A stretch of DNA of 64,000 bases from Psilocybe cubensis (taxonomy: Eukaryota): contig CM038999.1 in NCBI GenBank assembly GCA_017499595.2, positions 3,348,001 through 3,412,000 on the forward strand. Direction: 5' to 3'. Positions 1 through 13,604 of the stretch are shown piece after piece; positions within the stretch are counted from its first letter, which is position 1; the number at the start of each line of letters is the position of its first letter. The notes under the pieces were generated by a model. The model saw nothing but the letters and a program-made list of their open reading frames with translations, made no database searches and was not told the origin of the DNA. Made by a program: the position numbers and the translations under genes.

Positions 1-1103
1 ATCCATCCATGCTGCACTTGCACTTACATTTTTTTTTTACTCTATCTCTCCCCCTTTTAATAGACACCATGCCCATGACCATGAACCATGCCCCCCATGC
101 ACGACATTACCAGATTTGAATTTCTGATGTTCAGCGTTTGACTTTTCACGGTTATGTTTCCATTTCCACTTGTATATCTGGTTTACTATTACCCCCACCG
201 CAATCTATAGATGTTCTGCAATCTCCTTGGTCCGTTGCGGAATTTTCCATTTTGTGTTTGTGCTGCTTTATGGACTCCGCTGCTCTTTCCCGATTTGGGC
301 GTTTGTGCCCGTCGTCCTCTGCGTCTCTTGGAGTTGGTTGCGCTCTTTGTTCAATCCAACTTGCAATCTTCACTGGGGTATGGAACACCGCAAAGTTCAT
401 TCTTCCCTGCGTCATTAAGCGTGGTTTTTTTTTTTTGGCTATGACGTACCTTTAATTTCACGCGGAATTGGGCTCACCTTACAATATGCAAAAGTAGGAT
501 GCCCTGCGAAACACGAGTGTCTCAGACGTGTAGTACTAGTAAGTAAGGTCCGTGTAAAAACTATTAGAGTTGACTGACCTAATCTCCTTTCTCCCCGGAT
601 TTGTTTTTGGGGGAATTAGAAATCCAATGGACTCATTTTAATTTTTCAAAGATATAGGCCGTCGAACACAAAACTATCAAGGACGCTAAAGGTGCTTTGA
701 TCGACGGTTGGTCACTCTTCCCAACCTGGATGTATGCGGAAGGTGTGTTTCCCAATTTGGAAGTTCGATCCATTACCATTTTCGTCGTACTTCCTTTTTC
801 AGGCCACAAATCACACCGATTATATCTCTGCCTAGACTACTATGACAAAGTCCCTTTTCACGCTCTTTGTTTTATCTTGCGGGGTGGTGGAGACGACGCT
901 TTCCATCTCACATCTTCTCGCCGCCCCACTTGAAAAATGTAACCCTTTTTGTTTTTTTTTGTTAACGTCGCCGTTCAAACACGCCGCTCTTCATTGTTTG
1001 AGGGGATTCAAGCTAGACTGACTTTTTCATATTTAATCTTGCTATTTTTCCCCTTGTGTGAGGCTTGCTTGCTCTCTTTCGCTTTCACCGCCCATCAGTC
1101 CAG

Positions 1104-2412
1104 ATGGGGTCCAATTTCCACGCCGTGTTCTATGTCCTGGCGATTGCGCTGGTGCTATTCGAGACATGCACCGCGAACCCGCTCCCACTCCCCCAGCCTG
1201 GATCTCAATGCATTGTTGGGTATTGTCCAAAGTACTTTGCGAACTTCCCGCCGCGGGGGAGGAGGGCGCCGTCGCCTACGATCGAGTTCAAGACGAACGC
1301 CCAGCGCCTCGCGGGTGGGATCCCGCTCAACCCGCCCATCTTCCGTATGAAGAACGGTGAGCTCGTCTTCATTGCTTTTGTGCTTCTAAATCAAGTACTC
1401 ATGGTACATCTTGCTAGCCCCGCTGTGGAACCGCTCCCCTGCGCCCGCGTCACCTCCCCAACCGCGCGCGTCGCCTGATTCAGCGCGCATTTCAACCATC
1501 GAGCGCTGTGGTGTCGTCGCTCTCCGGGACGATAACGATAAATTGGTTGGATACGTTGGGAGCAACGCACCTGACTCTGCGTATATCCGCGTTCAAGAAG
1601 ATCTTTCGGACGCTGTGACGGTCTGCTTCACCACCCGCGTAGGCCGCGTGCGCGCGCGGAACGTGCCGTTCTTTTTGGCTGTATGTGTTACCTTTATTCA
1701 CTTGTTCATGCGTCTTATGTCATTGTCATTGTAGAGTGAATGGGAACTTCGCAGGGCGTTCCCTCTGCTTGGTTTGGTGCAAGGTGTGCATAATAATGAT
1801 ACTAATATTGGGCCTCAGTCTACACAGTAAGTCACCACGATTCCCTGCAAATTCCCTCCCGTAATGACTGACATCGTCGTTGTTTAGCTACCTTATCTTT
1901 GGCGGTGTGGAGCTTCCTGGAAGTATGTGCTCAATGTCATCTTATGATCAGCCTAGATTCTGATGTTCGGATTCTATAGCCCCACCATTGACCCCTGCTG
2001 TCACTCTTAACAACAGTCTCTCGAACTTTACGAGCGTCGAAAGAGGAGTAGAAACTAGCGTGGTATGTTTCGATTTTTGAGGTTGCAATTTTTCATGTCT
2101 GATGGATTTCGGCTTTAGTGGAGCGTTAACACTGAGACAGGGAACATGATCGCTCAATGGACGAATGAGGACGGAAGTAAGTCTGCTTTTGGATTCTACT
2201 ACTCAACGACACAGATTGACGTTATTATCCACAGGTCAACCTGACACATACATATATTCGTTCAGAGGCATCTTGTACGCTACAGGAGACCCCGAGGCTC
2301 TGCTTTCCTTCTTCCAAGGCGAGGCTACGCACCTTGTAAGTGATAACATGGCATTGGGAATGTCACACAGCTCATCCACAATATCTAGACCATGAAATTT
2401 ATCGAAACGTAA
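1104..2412 (+). CDS. Secreted protein, 'TNAxRLxxG(L/I)PLxPP' family (multi-exon)
   Basis: Signal peptide MGSNFHAVFYVLAIALVLFETCTA. Motif TNAQRLAGGIPLNPP. GT-AG introns; later exons (PLLGLVQG, YLIFGG, WTNEDG) match the paralogs at 41.5-46.7 kb. Last exon TMKFIET* ends at 2412. Confidence 0.75.
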
Positions 2413-2688
2413 TATTTTTTTGATCGTCGCTCAAGGACTGTAACTACAAACGGACTCGAAACGGACTTCTCAGCTATGAAGCCGTTGCCACTGTATTACT
2501 AGTGTTTGCTCATACTATAGCTCGGACCAAACGTAAAGTCAAAGAATGTATTTTTATAATTTGTAGGAGTATTTATTCAGCCTGTAACACCAAAGCCTTG
2601 ATGTAATTTGTACAAAGCGTTACCATAATCGGGATCCAATAGTAGCAATCCCAGGACATGCACGGTAATTTGACGAAATTATATATCA

Positions 2689-4616
2689 CTAGGCGCTTGA
2701 AACCAGAGCTGCAAAGTCCAGGAGTTGGGTTATATTTCCGCAGGTCGAATCCAAAATTGTTCCTTTGGTGAACTCCATCCCCGTTGGATTTACGAAATTT
2801 CCGAGAACCACCGTGGTGTTCGTCGTGGCGTCGTACAGAGGCCATCCGTAGTCGATCAACCCCCGGCCGGGATTCCTTGCAAAAGCGACCCAGGCACCTT
2901 GCATATACTTGGAAAGCGCGATTTCATTTGGCGTAATGAGAATAGATGGATTTATCGTTCTGTACGTCCCGAAAATAATAGGTATTTCGGCGAGATGATA
3001 AGCCCTAGTGTCCGGGCGTGGAGAGATATTGGGGAATACACCTGCAGCAAAAAATGAGGTAGATGAATTTTCAAACTAGAAGTAATCGTACCCTGGTATT
3101 GGTAGCGCCAGGTTCGAACGCCTGCATTGACACGATCTTGAGCGGCAGAGCCTGCAGGGCACGTAAAATTGACCTGCCGAATTTTATAGTAGGTCTTTGC
3201 AATAGTCAAACGATGGCATATGCTGGTGGCTTACCTGGGTTTGCACATCTGAAAGTATCTCAGAAACGAAGGGGGAAGCTGGCGGAGACAGTCCAGCCAC
3301 TTCAGCGGCTACGGTGAGAATATCCCCCTCGTTAGCGGTGCTGCCTCCCAACAACGGCACTTTCAAAAACTTTCCAGCTTTGGCGCGCTCTGGGATGTCC
3401 GAGAAAATGGTAATGTCTAGAAATTTGAATGAATTCCATCATACTTGGATAGTATAGTAACAATACACGTACTATCGAAGAGCAGATTGAACGTTAATCC
3501 CGATTGTATAATTATATCTTCCAATGTACGGAAGGGTACAGCTTTCATACAAGCCAGCTGAGCGGCATCAGGAACTATCAGAGATTCAGTCATAGTGATT
3601 GACATCCTGTCATTTCATAACGTACCGGCTCCACACCCAACTTTTGAGGCTAAAGTATTCCATGTTCCGTCAATGGCTGGACTGACGAGTAAACCACTTG
3701 TCGCGAATCCAAGACTAAAAGGAAGACTTAGATGAAATCGTTTATGTGAATATTCACTCACTTTCCAGATTGTTCGATGGCACCTAATGTTAATTAACCT
3801 GTGTGTATGGTATGGAGACAAACGACGACCAACCTTTCACGATGGTGTCATTAAGATGGGCGTATGTATAAGCCTCGACTGCAAAGGCTCCGGCACTCTG
3901 CCCAAAGATGGTGATACGGTCTGGATCGCCCCCAAAGGCACCAATATTTGCATATACCCAATGAATAGCTGCATTGATATCAAGCAGGCCAAAGTTTTGC
4001 GTTAACGTCCTGTTCGCAAGCTGTGGCGAGTTTGGTTGGCCGAATATGTTCATACGATAGTTGAATGTCACCACGGTGATGTCGTCGTGATCATTTACGA
4101 AGTGTTCACCACCGTACTCAGGTAGATTGCTCTACATAGAATACGTATAAGTTAGCGATCGCTTGAATAAGTTGTATAAAAAATATTTACTGAGCCAAAT
4201 TGAAACCCGCCACCGTATATCCAGATGAGTACTGCCGTTTTTTGCTGCCTCTTTACACTTGGAGCCCATATGTTGACCGTCAGGCAATCCTCTGATTCTG
4301 GTACATCAATACCTTGCCCTCCCGCGACCAATAAGATCCCTTTATAGATCGGAGAAAGATTCTGTGGGCAGGTAAAACTGTAATTTGTGGCCTTGAGAAC
4401 AGATGTGCGGTTAGGTGGGTTATTCGGTGCTTCCCAGCGTTGCGCTACTGCATACGGTATTCCTAGGAATTGGCGAACACTTGGGGTGACCAATGTACCT
4501 GAAACTGGCCCCTGTGCTGTCTGGACAGTCAGGCCATCTGATGTCGCTGTAACGTCCACGCGGACGGTGTGATATATTGCTAACAACGATTTCGAGAGGA
4601 TCTGGAGGAAGTGCAT
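2689..4616 (-). CDS. Type-B carboxylesterase (alpha/beta hydrolase), copy 1
   Basis: Motifs FLGIPYA, SEDCLTVNIWAP, WIYGGGF, NYRMNIFG, NFGLLD, FGGDPDRITIFGQSAG (nucleophile elbow) and GSTANEG. Multi-exon. Confidence 0.92.
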
Positions 4617-5190
4617 ACGGAAACCAATGATACTGTGAACTTCATTTTGGCCCCACATTTATACCTTTACTATACAACGTATAGGGTGCTATATTTAGCA
4701 CCGATTTAATGAACAAGGTCAGGGAACATTTGAACCCTTGAGTAATTGTCTCAATTTGAAGGAAACACTAGACTGAATATATTGACATATCGCTCACCAC
4801 TTGAATAGGTTATCGTCGAGGTGGTAGCCTGTTCAATCCTTCGAATGTATAACCGATTCCTCGATCCAGGAACAATGTGCCGTACACATCATGATCCTTG
4901 TGAGATGGGGGCCTGGTATCGGCGAGAAAATGCAGATAGATTTACCTTCAATGTGAGCACATCAAGCAAGTCTTATCTTATCTATTACATAGGATGTTAC
5001 TGAAGTCGTCGAGGGGGTATGATCTTGACAAGGTTCTAGAATCGTGGAGAATATTGAAATTAGAATACTTTTTTGGCCTGTAACGAAGACATTGTAGGTG
5101 ATTTTCGGCCCGACACATGGCGTTAGAGACTGTTGCATCCATTGTTGTTGGGTTTGCTGGATGATGGGCCAGCATCATGTCTTTGAGATT

Positions 5191-5243
5191 CGTGGGAAAT
5201 CCTAGAGGCACCCTCACGTGCAACAACTTTGGCGGCTACGCGT
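5191..5243 (+). promoter_or_regulatory. FunK1 promoter module CGTGRGAA + CACGTG (+ACGCG); also at 10019-10065, 29133-29178(-), 33665-33714(-), 58862-58891
   Basis: Same order and near-constant spacing upstream of five kinase starts. Confidence 0.7.
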
Positions 5244-5310
5244 TTGATCAGGTGTGGGACACTACTTGATCTGGCTTAACTGCTTCCCCAGTTTCTGCTA
5301 CAACCTACAA

Positions 5311-8117
5311 ATGACACCCAAAAACGAGAACAAGTAAATTTCTTACCAATTTCTCTATCTTGATGCTGAACGTACCTTCTTCAGGTCCAACTTGCAAGGC
5401 CCTTCCGATAGTCCCATCACCAGTGGCAACCACAGTGCAAATATTTCAAACTTAGAGGCAGGAATCCTGTAAGCTTGGAGCATGCTTTACTTGTCTCGTA
5501 GTTTAAACTAATAAGCCAAACAATTTGTAGATTTCCAGACACTCCCTGTAGCCTTACATCATTTGGAAGTGATGTAGAACTGATGGATCCCACAACGATT
5601 GCCCGAGAGATGGTCGGCGAGTTTGTGGAGTGTTCAGTTATAGACTTCATAAAGACGTATCTTCCTTTCGCTCCGAATAAAGCACAGACCCAGTGTATCG
5701 TCCAGAGGCTTCTTCAGGAGTCCCCTTTAGCAGGAGGAAGCCCTGACATTACTGCATTCAATGGATGGGCAGATATTACAAAGGCAATTGCATCGGCGGC
5801 CCCAGAAGTAGGGCGACAGGTCAACCAATTTAAATATCATAACATGCCTAACAAAAGGCTTGCTTCGGGAATACGGGGTTTAAATAACAGAATTGATGCT
5901 GGATTTATTCGAAAAGGGGGGGAGGGCTGTAAAGAGCTCAGTACAACAGATATAGCTGTCGTCATAGAGCACAGACCCTTACCCAAGTTATATCAACATG
6001 TTAGTTTTCAAACATTTCTTTAGAACTTTCAAACTGATTGCTGCCATAGAACGCCCTCAAGGCCGTTTCTGCAAATGTTCAAATCATGAACGACGATGCT
6101 CGTCGCATGTTCACATTTGGTGTCAGTGTTGTAGTATGACTTTGCAAATAAACCTCAAGCTAACAAAATTCAAAGATAACTGTTGAATCCTCTGAAGTCA
6201 TTCTCTGGTATCATTGTCGTTCCCACTCTGCGGTATCGAAGCGTTTTAATTTAGTCAAGGTAAGACGATTTTTGACTCTGATACGTCCGCCTGTTTACTT
6301 ATCTGAAAATAGAAACCGCATCTCTTGCTCAGGGTGCTCGCAGCTTTCTCGTTTGCCACAGAAGAGCAACTCGGTTATGACCCCATGATTACTAGAGAGC
6401 AAGATGGGCGCTATACCTTCAAGCTACCTGATCCTACCTCATCTGGTTTTCAAAACTTCAGAACTATTAAGACACTCTCTGAGTATCGTACGAATAACAT
6501 TACTGGCCGCATGACTCGTGTGTACACAGTCAACAAGCTCGATGGCGAAGGAAAAGTTGTCGGAGGACCACTCGTTCTTAAGGATGTCTGGCTAGACAAA
6601 TCTGCGAAAACGGAGGGGGAAATTCAAAAAGAAATATTCAAAGATATTGAAGAATTTTGGGCCCGCCCAACAGACATACAGGAGATGAAAAAAATTCAGG
6701 ACACCCACAAACATCTCGTTAACAGCGGAGAATACAAGAAATATTTTCTCGAAATCGTCCTCGATCATGTGGGTACCGTCACCACCGAGCGTCCTAGAGC
6801 GTCTACCCTTAGACGGGGGCTACTTCTTGACTCCATATGGGAAACAGATATTCCAAAGCTCTCTAGCACCAGCACCGTTACGTCTCAGGGTACCGGCACC
6901 AGCTCTACCAGCGTTTTTTCCGAGACGCGAAACACCAACGCTGGAACTCATCCCATAGAATTTGAAAATATTGATAAAGTTCCCGTTTCGCATCGCCCTT
7001 TTGATCCTAAAAAGCGTTATCAAGTAATTTTCAAAGATGTTTGCCGGACCGTGGGGCAGCTTAAATTTCTTGGCGAAGTGGTGGAGGTGCTACGCCAGAC
7101 CCTCATTCGTTAGTGCCACATTGATTCGCTCTCAGATCCTGATATCATACTTACACATTGTCACGCACTAGCTCTTCAATTATTACTCTGTGCTGGATGG
7201 GTCCACCGCGACATCAGTTCGGGGAACATATTGGCACACAGGGCCAATTTAAAGGCCAATCAACAACCCTGGCAGGCCAAACTGGCCGATTTCGAATACG
7301 CGAAGAAGTTTTCCCATAGTTATTTGACACCCCGTGACCCTAAAACGGTATGTTCTGAATGGAATCACTACAAGATCGTTGTTGATCTAGTATCCAATAG
7401 GGAACCCCTTATTTTATGCCACTTGAGGTTATGTTCAATAGTTACCTTTACGATCCAAGGTTACAAGCTGCTGCAAGGGGAGAATATGATATCAAACAAC
7501 CACTTGAAGATTTTATCCGTGAAAGGAAGAAACAAAGAGCTGCTTTGTTGCAGTCGAAATCTCCTAAATACGTGATTCACAACTTCCAACACGATCTTGA
7601 GTCTGTATGGTGGATTCTCCTCTGGACTGTTACTTGCCGTATCTATTCCAATGCTGCGTTTGCTTATGGGAGGCGAATCTTTGTTAACCAGAATGAACGA
7701 CGACTATGCTTCACTGCTGTCAGCATTTTGGACGAGCTGGAGAAATTCTTGCCTACACCCAAATCAGAGGATGACCACACGTTTGCAGAGATGATTGAAA
7801 ATCTACGAGACTTCATGAATAGCCACTACATTTCGCGCGTCGCAGGAGACAATCAAGGCAAACCCGAGCATTATGTTGGAATATTCAACATCTTCACTAT
7901 TTGCTTCAATACCATGGAGAGGACTGCGTCTGATTGGGCAGGAATACATTTAATTGTTGATATATCGACCCAAAATCAGCCAGTATCTGTGGTTCCGGGA
8001 CGACGAAAACGCACACGCGAGGAAGAAAGCATTGCCGATGCGCGCCAGGTTGACGGAGAGGAAAGATCTGAGGCGAAGATGCCAAAGATAGAAGAGACTC
8101 TGGAAGACAGGAAATAG
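5311..8117 (+). CDS. FunK1-type fungal protein kinase (K1), with in-frame deletions relative to paralogs
   Basis: Motifs IMNDDARRMFTFG, QLGYDP, VLKDVW, GWVHRDISSGN, KLADFEYAK, GTPYFMPLE and HNFQHDLESVWW. Exons 1-3 splice in frame from ATG 5311. Confidence 0.85.
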
Positions 8118-8559
8118 GAATAAAGTTTCAATATCAACACGGTGGTTTGTTGCCTCTTTTATGTTGGTGCTCGTGTGTCTAAGATATGAATCAATTCGAG
8201 CTACTACTTTAATCTGTACTCGTACCCTTAGTATTTGCGATTTAGTTGTATCAACATTGGATCAGCGACGATTTGATATTGAATGAAATGAAAGCTGACT
8301 TGAAGCCAGTGTCCGACATTTTTTCTAGGAGGGCACCCCTTTAAACTTCAAAACAAAAAAAAGAATGCAATGATACCGTGGTCAGGAGGCTGCACAAAGC
8401 AAATAGTCACACCAAATCATACCATTGCTGACAACGCACCTCAGGATTTATTGCAAGTTCGATATATTATGGTTTTAGTAGAATACGATGAAAAGCATTG
8501 TTGTGTACCTTAAAATGGCACAGGGGCCGTTGCTGTGCGAGTGGCAACTACTGCACAGT

Positions 8560-9627
8560 TTTTGATGTTCTACATCAGTGCCTCGTAAGTTACAATCTCA
8601 TGAGCTGTGGTCTGTCTGAACTGACAATTATACCAAGCCCTCGAGTTGTTGCTCTGCGCCGGATGAGTCCATTGCAATATCAGTGGGGAAAACGGGGAAA
8701 CATCATGGGTTATTGCAAGAATCTTGACGACGATAATCAACCTTGGAGGGTCATTCTTGCTGACCTTGAATATGCAAAAAAATTTCCACCTGGAGAGGAC
8801 TATTTGCCATCGCTGGATCCCAAAACTGTAGGTCGTATATAAGTTTCAATGTCTAGACACTCCCTAAAGATTAATATGCATTTTAGGGTACACCGTATTT
8901 CATGCCCGTCGAGATTATGACGATGATGACACTCTTTTCTGGCAATGTTTGTCGGGAACTAGTGGCGTCCAGCACCAATAAAAGCAGCGCTGGTGGTTGT
9001 ACAGGTATATTTGAATCTTCGTCTTCAGTTTCACAGGAGGAAGACATATACCTCCGCGCGCAGAGGAAAAGACAAGCAGCACGGGAAAAGAAAGAGAAAG
9101 AGAAAGACGTTGAACGCCCTAAAGGCGTCGCTCATAACTTCCAGCACGACCTCGAGTCCACTTGGAGGCTCGTACTTTGGTTGATAACTTCTCGCACTGG
9201 AGACAAACCTGCCCAAGAATATAGCCGACAGATCTTTCAGAATACCATGCAGTTCGTCCCCGAACGATGGCAGGCGGTAATTTGCGAAATCGAAGAAGAA
9301 CTCAGGAAATGTATGGGTCCCCTGGGCGATTATTTTGCGGGACAGCTGGAAGATCTACGAAGTGCGATGCTCCTCACCTACATAGAGCGAGAGCGCGATG
9401 ACAAAACGAAGGAAGTTTCCTCCTATGTGCCGATCTCTCAAGCCTTCCGGACTTTCTTCCAGGATATTGAAAAGACTAAAGATATTTGGGCGAATATTCC
9501 GTTGATCGCTCAAAACCATTACATTGATCCAGCTGAACGCAAGCGACCCCGTCCGGATGACGACGAAGGCTTTCCGGGGCTCATTGACGACGGAGCAGAA
9601 CCCAAGATGAAGTTGCCTAAAACATGA
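8560..9627 (+). pseudogene. 5'-truncated FunK1 kinase fragment
   Basis: The catalytic loop is degenerate: G-TGA-VHCNISG replaces GWVHRDISSG, followed by a GGGGAAAC duplication that shifts frame. LADLEYAKK, GTPYFMPVE and HNFQHDLES are retained. No N-terminal half. Confidence 0.85.
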
Positions 9628-9975
9628 GAATCGTGATTGCCAAACTCTAGTTCAAGTGTATTTCTTAAGCTATCTATATTATAGTAACAAATAAAATACT
9701 ATGGCAGTAACATCAATGACCGTTAAAAAAGAGCGCAAATCTCAAGGAAAGGTGTAGCAGTGACTATAATTGCAGAGGTTCGACGAACTTTGACTTGAGG
9801 GTGTTACTGAGACGTCATCGTTGAAAGGGGTACTATTGATCTTGACAAGGTTCTAGAATCGCGAAGAATAATGAAATTAGAATACTTTTTAGTCCCGTAA
9901 CGAAGACATTGTGGATCGTTTTTGGCTCGACACATGGCATTAGAGACTGGCCTCCTTTGTCATTGGGTTTGGATA

Positions 9976-12086
9976 ATGTCGCCGAGATGATGGGCCAACA
10001 AAAAGACAATGGGAGATCCGTGAGAAATCTAAAAGGCACCCTCACGTGCATCTGATTAAACGCGTCGCGGACATAACGCCAAGGCCTTACAGAACACTAC
10101 TTAAAGAGCAGCCAAAATTCGGGTTGACATTCGCTTTTCCACCAGTTTTCGCCACAAATGACCAGCAAGAACGAACACGAGTAAGTTTATGGCAACTCTT
10201 TTCATCTTGATGCTCAACATATCTTCTTCAGTCTAGGTTCCTTGAAGAACTTGAACCCTTCTAACCCTATCACCAACCATAGTGCCATGTCAAACTCAAA
10301 GTCGGGCGTCGTGTAAGTCAGAGCCTCTTTTACTTGTCTCGTACTTTAAACTAACCATATAAATTTATAGAATACCAGACACTCCTCGTAGCCTTAGATC
10401 ATTTGGAGGCGATGCTGGATTGGTGGATCTACGCCCCACGATTGCCAAAGAAATGGACGGCGAAATTGTGGAGTGCTCCGTTGAAGACTTCATAACTACT
10501 TACCTTCCTTTCGCGCCAAATGAAGAGCAGACCCAGCGTCTTGTGCAACAGCTTCTTCAGGAACAACCTCCAGCAGGAGGAAAGGTGGCAACTCGCAGTA
10601 CTAAGGCTCCTAGGCCCTCGATTTTAGTGGGCAACAAGGATCAGTATACCTTCCGTTCATACCCTAATGAGAAGGGAGATGTCAAGCTATCCTCACACGG
10701 CTCTGAGAATGTAGCATTCCGTGGATGGTCAGCTATTGCTGAGGCCATCGCAGCCGCGGCGCCAGCCATAGGACGCCAGGTCACCCAATTCAAGTACCAC
10801 GATATCCCGAACAAAAGGATTGCTTCGGACATCTTGGGTTCTAATAACAGGATTGATGCAGGATTCATTCGTAATTTTGCGGGTACCTCATCTGAGCCCA
10901 GGACCACAGACATAGCCGTCGTCGTAGAGTTCAAACTCGCCACCAATTTGAAACAAGCTGTGAGTTTTCAACCATCTGCTTGGGCACCTCCAAATACTGA
11001 CCTCTGCCATAGAATGCTCGGCAGGCTGTTTCGGCAAACGTTCAAATTATGAACGACGATGTTCGTCGTATGTTCACCTTTGGTGTCAGTGTTGTAGTAT
11101 GACCGTATGAATTTGAAGCAAAACTGACCATTTCCAAAGATCACTGCTGAGTCCTCCGAAGTGACTCTCTGGTATCATTGTCGTTCGCACTCTGCGGTAT
11201 CGAAGCGATTTAATTTTGTCAAGGCAAGGCGAATTTGACAATGGGACTGCTTTTTTCATGTTTACTTATCTGGCCATAGGAACCGCATCTCTTAATCAAA
11301 GTGCTCGCCGCTTTCACCTTTGCCACCGAAGAACAACTTGGTTACGACCCTCTGATTACTAGAGAGCAAGATGGTCGTTATACCTTCAACCTGCCTGATC
11401 CTACCTCATCTGGTCCTCTTCAACAGTTCAGAACTATTGGAACCCTCTCCGAATATCGTACGAACAACATCACCGGTCGCATGGCTCGTGTATACACAGT
11501 CAACAAACTGGACCCCGAAGGGAAACCTGTCGGAGAACCTCTCGTTCTCAAGGACGTTTGGCTGGATGAATCAGCCCAAACTGAGTGGGAAATTCAAAAA
11601 GAAATATTCAAAGATATCGAAAAATTTTGGGCCAGCTCGACGGATATACAGGGGATGAAAGAACTTCACGACACCCACAAGCGTCTTGTTACCAGCGGAG
11701 AATACAAGAAATACTTTCTCGAAATTGTCCTCGATCATGTTGGTACCGTCACTACGAGCCGTCCGGCAGCATCAACCCCTAAACCAGGGCTACTCTTCAG
11801 CTCCACAATGAAAACGCATAATCCGAACATTTCCAGCACCAACAACGTTACGCCTCAGGGTACCGGCACCAGCTCTACCAGCGTTTTTTCCGGGACGCGA
11901 AATACAAACGCTGGAACTCATCCCATAGAATTTGACAATGTCACTCCAGTTCCCGTTGCGGAGCGCCCTTTCAAGCCTAAAAAGCGTTATCAAGTGGTGT
12001 TCAAAGATGTTTGCCTAACCGTGGGGCAACTTACAACCCTTGGTGAAGTTGTGCGTGTGCTGCGCCAGACCCTCATTCGTAAGTGA
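9976..12086. repeat. Left arm of ~2.1-kb near-identical inverted repeat (partner 31647-33757)
   Basis: ORFs 10420-11052 and 11301-12086 mirror 32681-33313 and 31647-32432; the coordinate sums are all 43733. Only scattered substitutions. Confidence 0.95.
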
Positions 12087-13106
12087 CCGACTCGGCACCA
12101 TATTTTGATATCATGCTTATATATCGTCACGCACCAGCTCTTCATCTGCTGCTATGTGCCGGATGGGTACACCGCGACATCAGTTCGGGAAACATTATGG
12201 CACATAGGGCGGATTTAAAGGCTGCCAAACAGCCCTGGCAGGCCAAACTGGCCGATCTCGAATACGCGAAGAAGTTTCCTTCGCTAAACGATCGTGAAGC
12301 TGGTGATCCAAAGACGGTGAGTTGTGCATGACAACGTCTATTCAACATACCATTGTTGATGTGGTGTGCAATAGGGGACCCCATATTTTATGCCACTTGA
12401 AATTATGCTCAAGCACTACCTTTTCGATCCGAGGACACAGGAACATAGGGATGCTGTGGCAAGGGGAGACAAGCCTAAACCATCCAAAGACAAGGTTCGA
12501 GACAAGAAAAAGCAGAAGGGGGACGTTTCTTCACAGCCGGATCCAACCAGACATGTAATTCACAATTTCCAACACGATCTCGAGTCTCTTTGGTGGATTC
12601 TCCTTTGGACTGTTACTTGCCGCATCGATTCTGAAGCTGCTTTCGCTTATGGGAGGCCAATCTTTGTTAATCAAATCATTCCAACCCACGAACGACGAAA
12701 ATGCTTCAAAGCCAAAAGTATTGTGAAGGAGCTAGAGCGGTTCTTGCCACTACCCAAAACAGAGGACGACGACACCCTCGCAGAGATGATCGACAATCTC
12801 AGAGACTTCATGAATGACGCATACGTTGCACGCATCTCCGAAGGCAATGAAGACAAACCCGAGCATTACGTTGAAATATTCGACAACTTCACCTTTTGCT
12901 TCAATGTCATAGAGAACACTGCGTCTGATTGGGCCGATATACCTTTGATTGTACGTACAGCGACCCAAGCTCAACCAGAATCCGTGGTTCCGGGACGACG
13001 CAAACGCACACGCGAGGAAGAAAGCATCGATGCGCGTCAGGTTGACGGGGATGAGAGATCTGAGGCAAAGCTGCCAAAAACGGAGGAATCTGATGAAGAA
13101 GAATAA
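10158..13106 (+). CDS. FunK1-type fungal protein kinase (K-A)
   Basis: ATG at 10158, two short 5' exons spliced in frame, and all FunK1 motifs present (HRDISSGN, LADLEYAK, GTPYFMPLE, HNFQHDLES). Basic C-terminal tail. Confidence 0.9.
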
Positions 13107-13395
13107 AATGTCAATGTAATTTACTCATTTTCGAACACGCGGTTTGTGATTTCAACGTCTCCGAGTCGATAATACTAAATCATAGGTTGGTACTCTATGT
13201 TTACCATACAAATTAATTACTATTTTAGAACAAAATGAATGCAAGGCCTCCCTGTTTAATCCGCCAGAAAAGCAACTAAAACCCACATTCATTCCGGACA
13301 TGGCGAGCTTGACCTTCAAGCATTTTCCGAAACGAAAAAATTGAACGCACCTATGTCGCTCAAGCTAAAAGGTGATAGCGTGTGGTAGGTAGCAA

Positions 13396-13566
13396 ATTTG
13401 TGGGACCGTGGGACATCCACAATCACAAAGGTCCAGTGCTCGATGTTTTTTCGCTTTCGCCTTACCAGTGCCCACTCGTGGTTCTACTTGCTTGATCTGT
13501 GTTCTGCGCTACAAAGTGTACTCAGCCCTCCCGACGTTGCTCTGCGCCGGATGGGTCCATCGGGGA
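13396..13566 (+). pseudogene. Small FunK1 kinase remnant
   Basis: Encodes C-GTVGH and LLCAGWVHRG, matching the paralog exons around LLCAGWVHRD. Truncated shortly before the repeat at 13.6 kb. Confidence 0.6.
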
Positions 13567-13604
13567 GCCTTGACTTGTGTGAGGCATACAATTGGATGGG
13601 TGTT

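Noticed and set aside
138-933. Short ORFs at window start
   Set aside because: No motifs, overlapping frames, and likely TE-derived or intergenic.
9976-12086. Inverted repeat arms as TIRs of a giant transposon (Starship-like)
   Set aside because: The arms are kinase gene halves whose homology continues at lower identity on both sides. No transposase or tyrosine recombinase and no TSD are seen.
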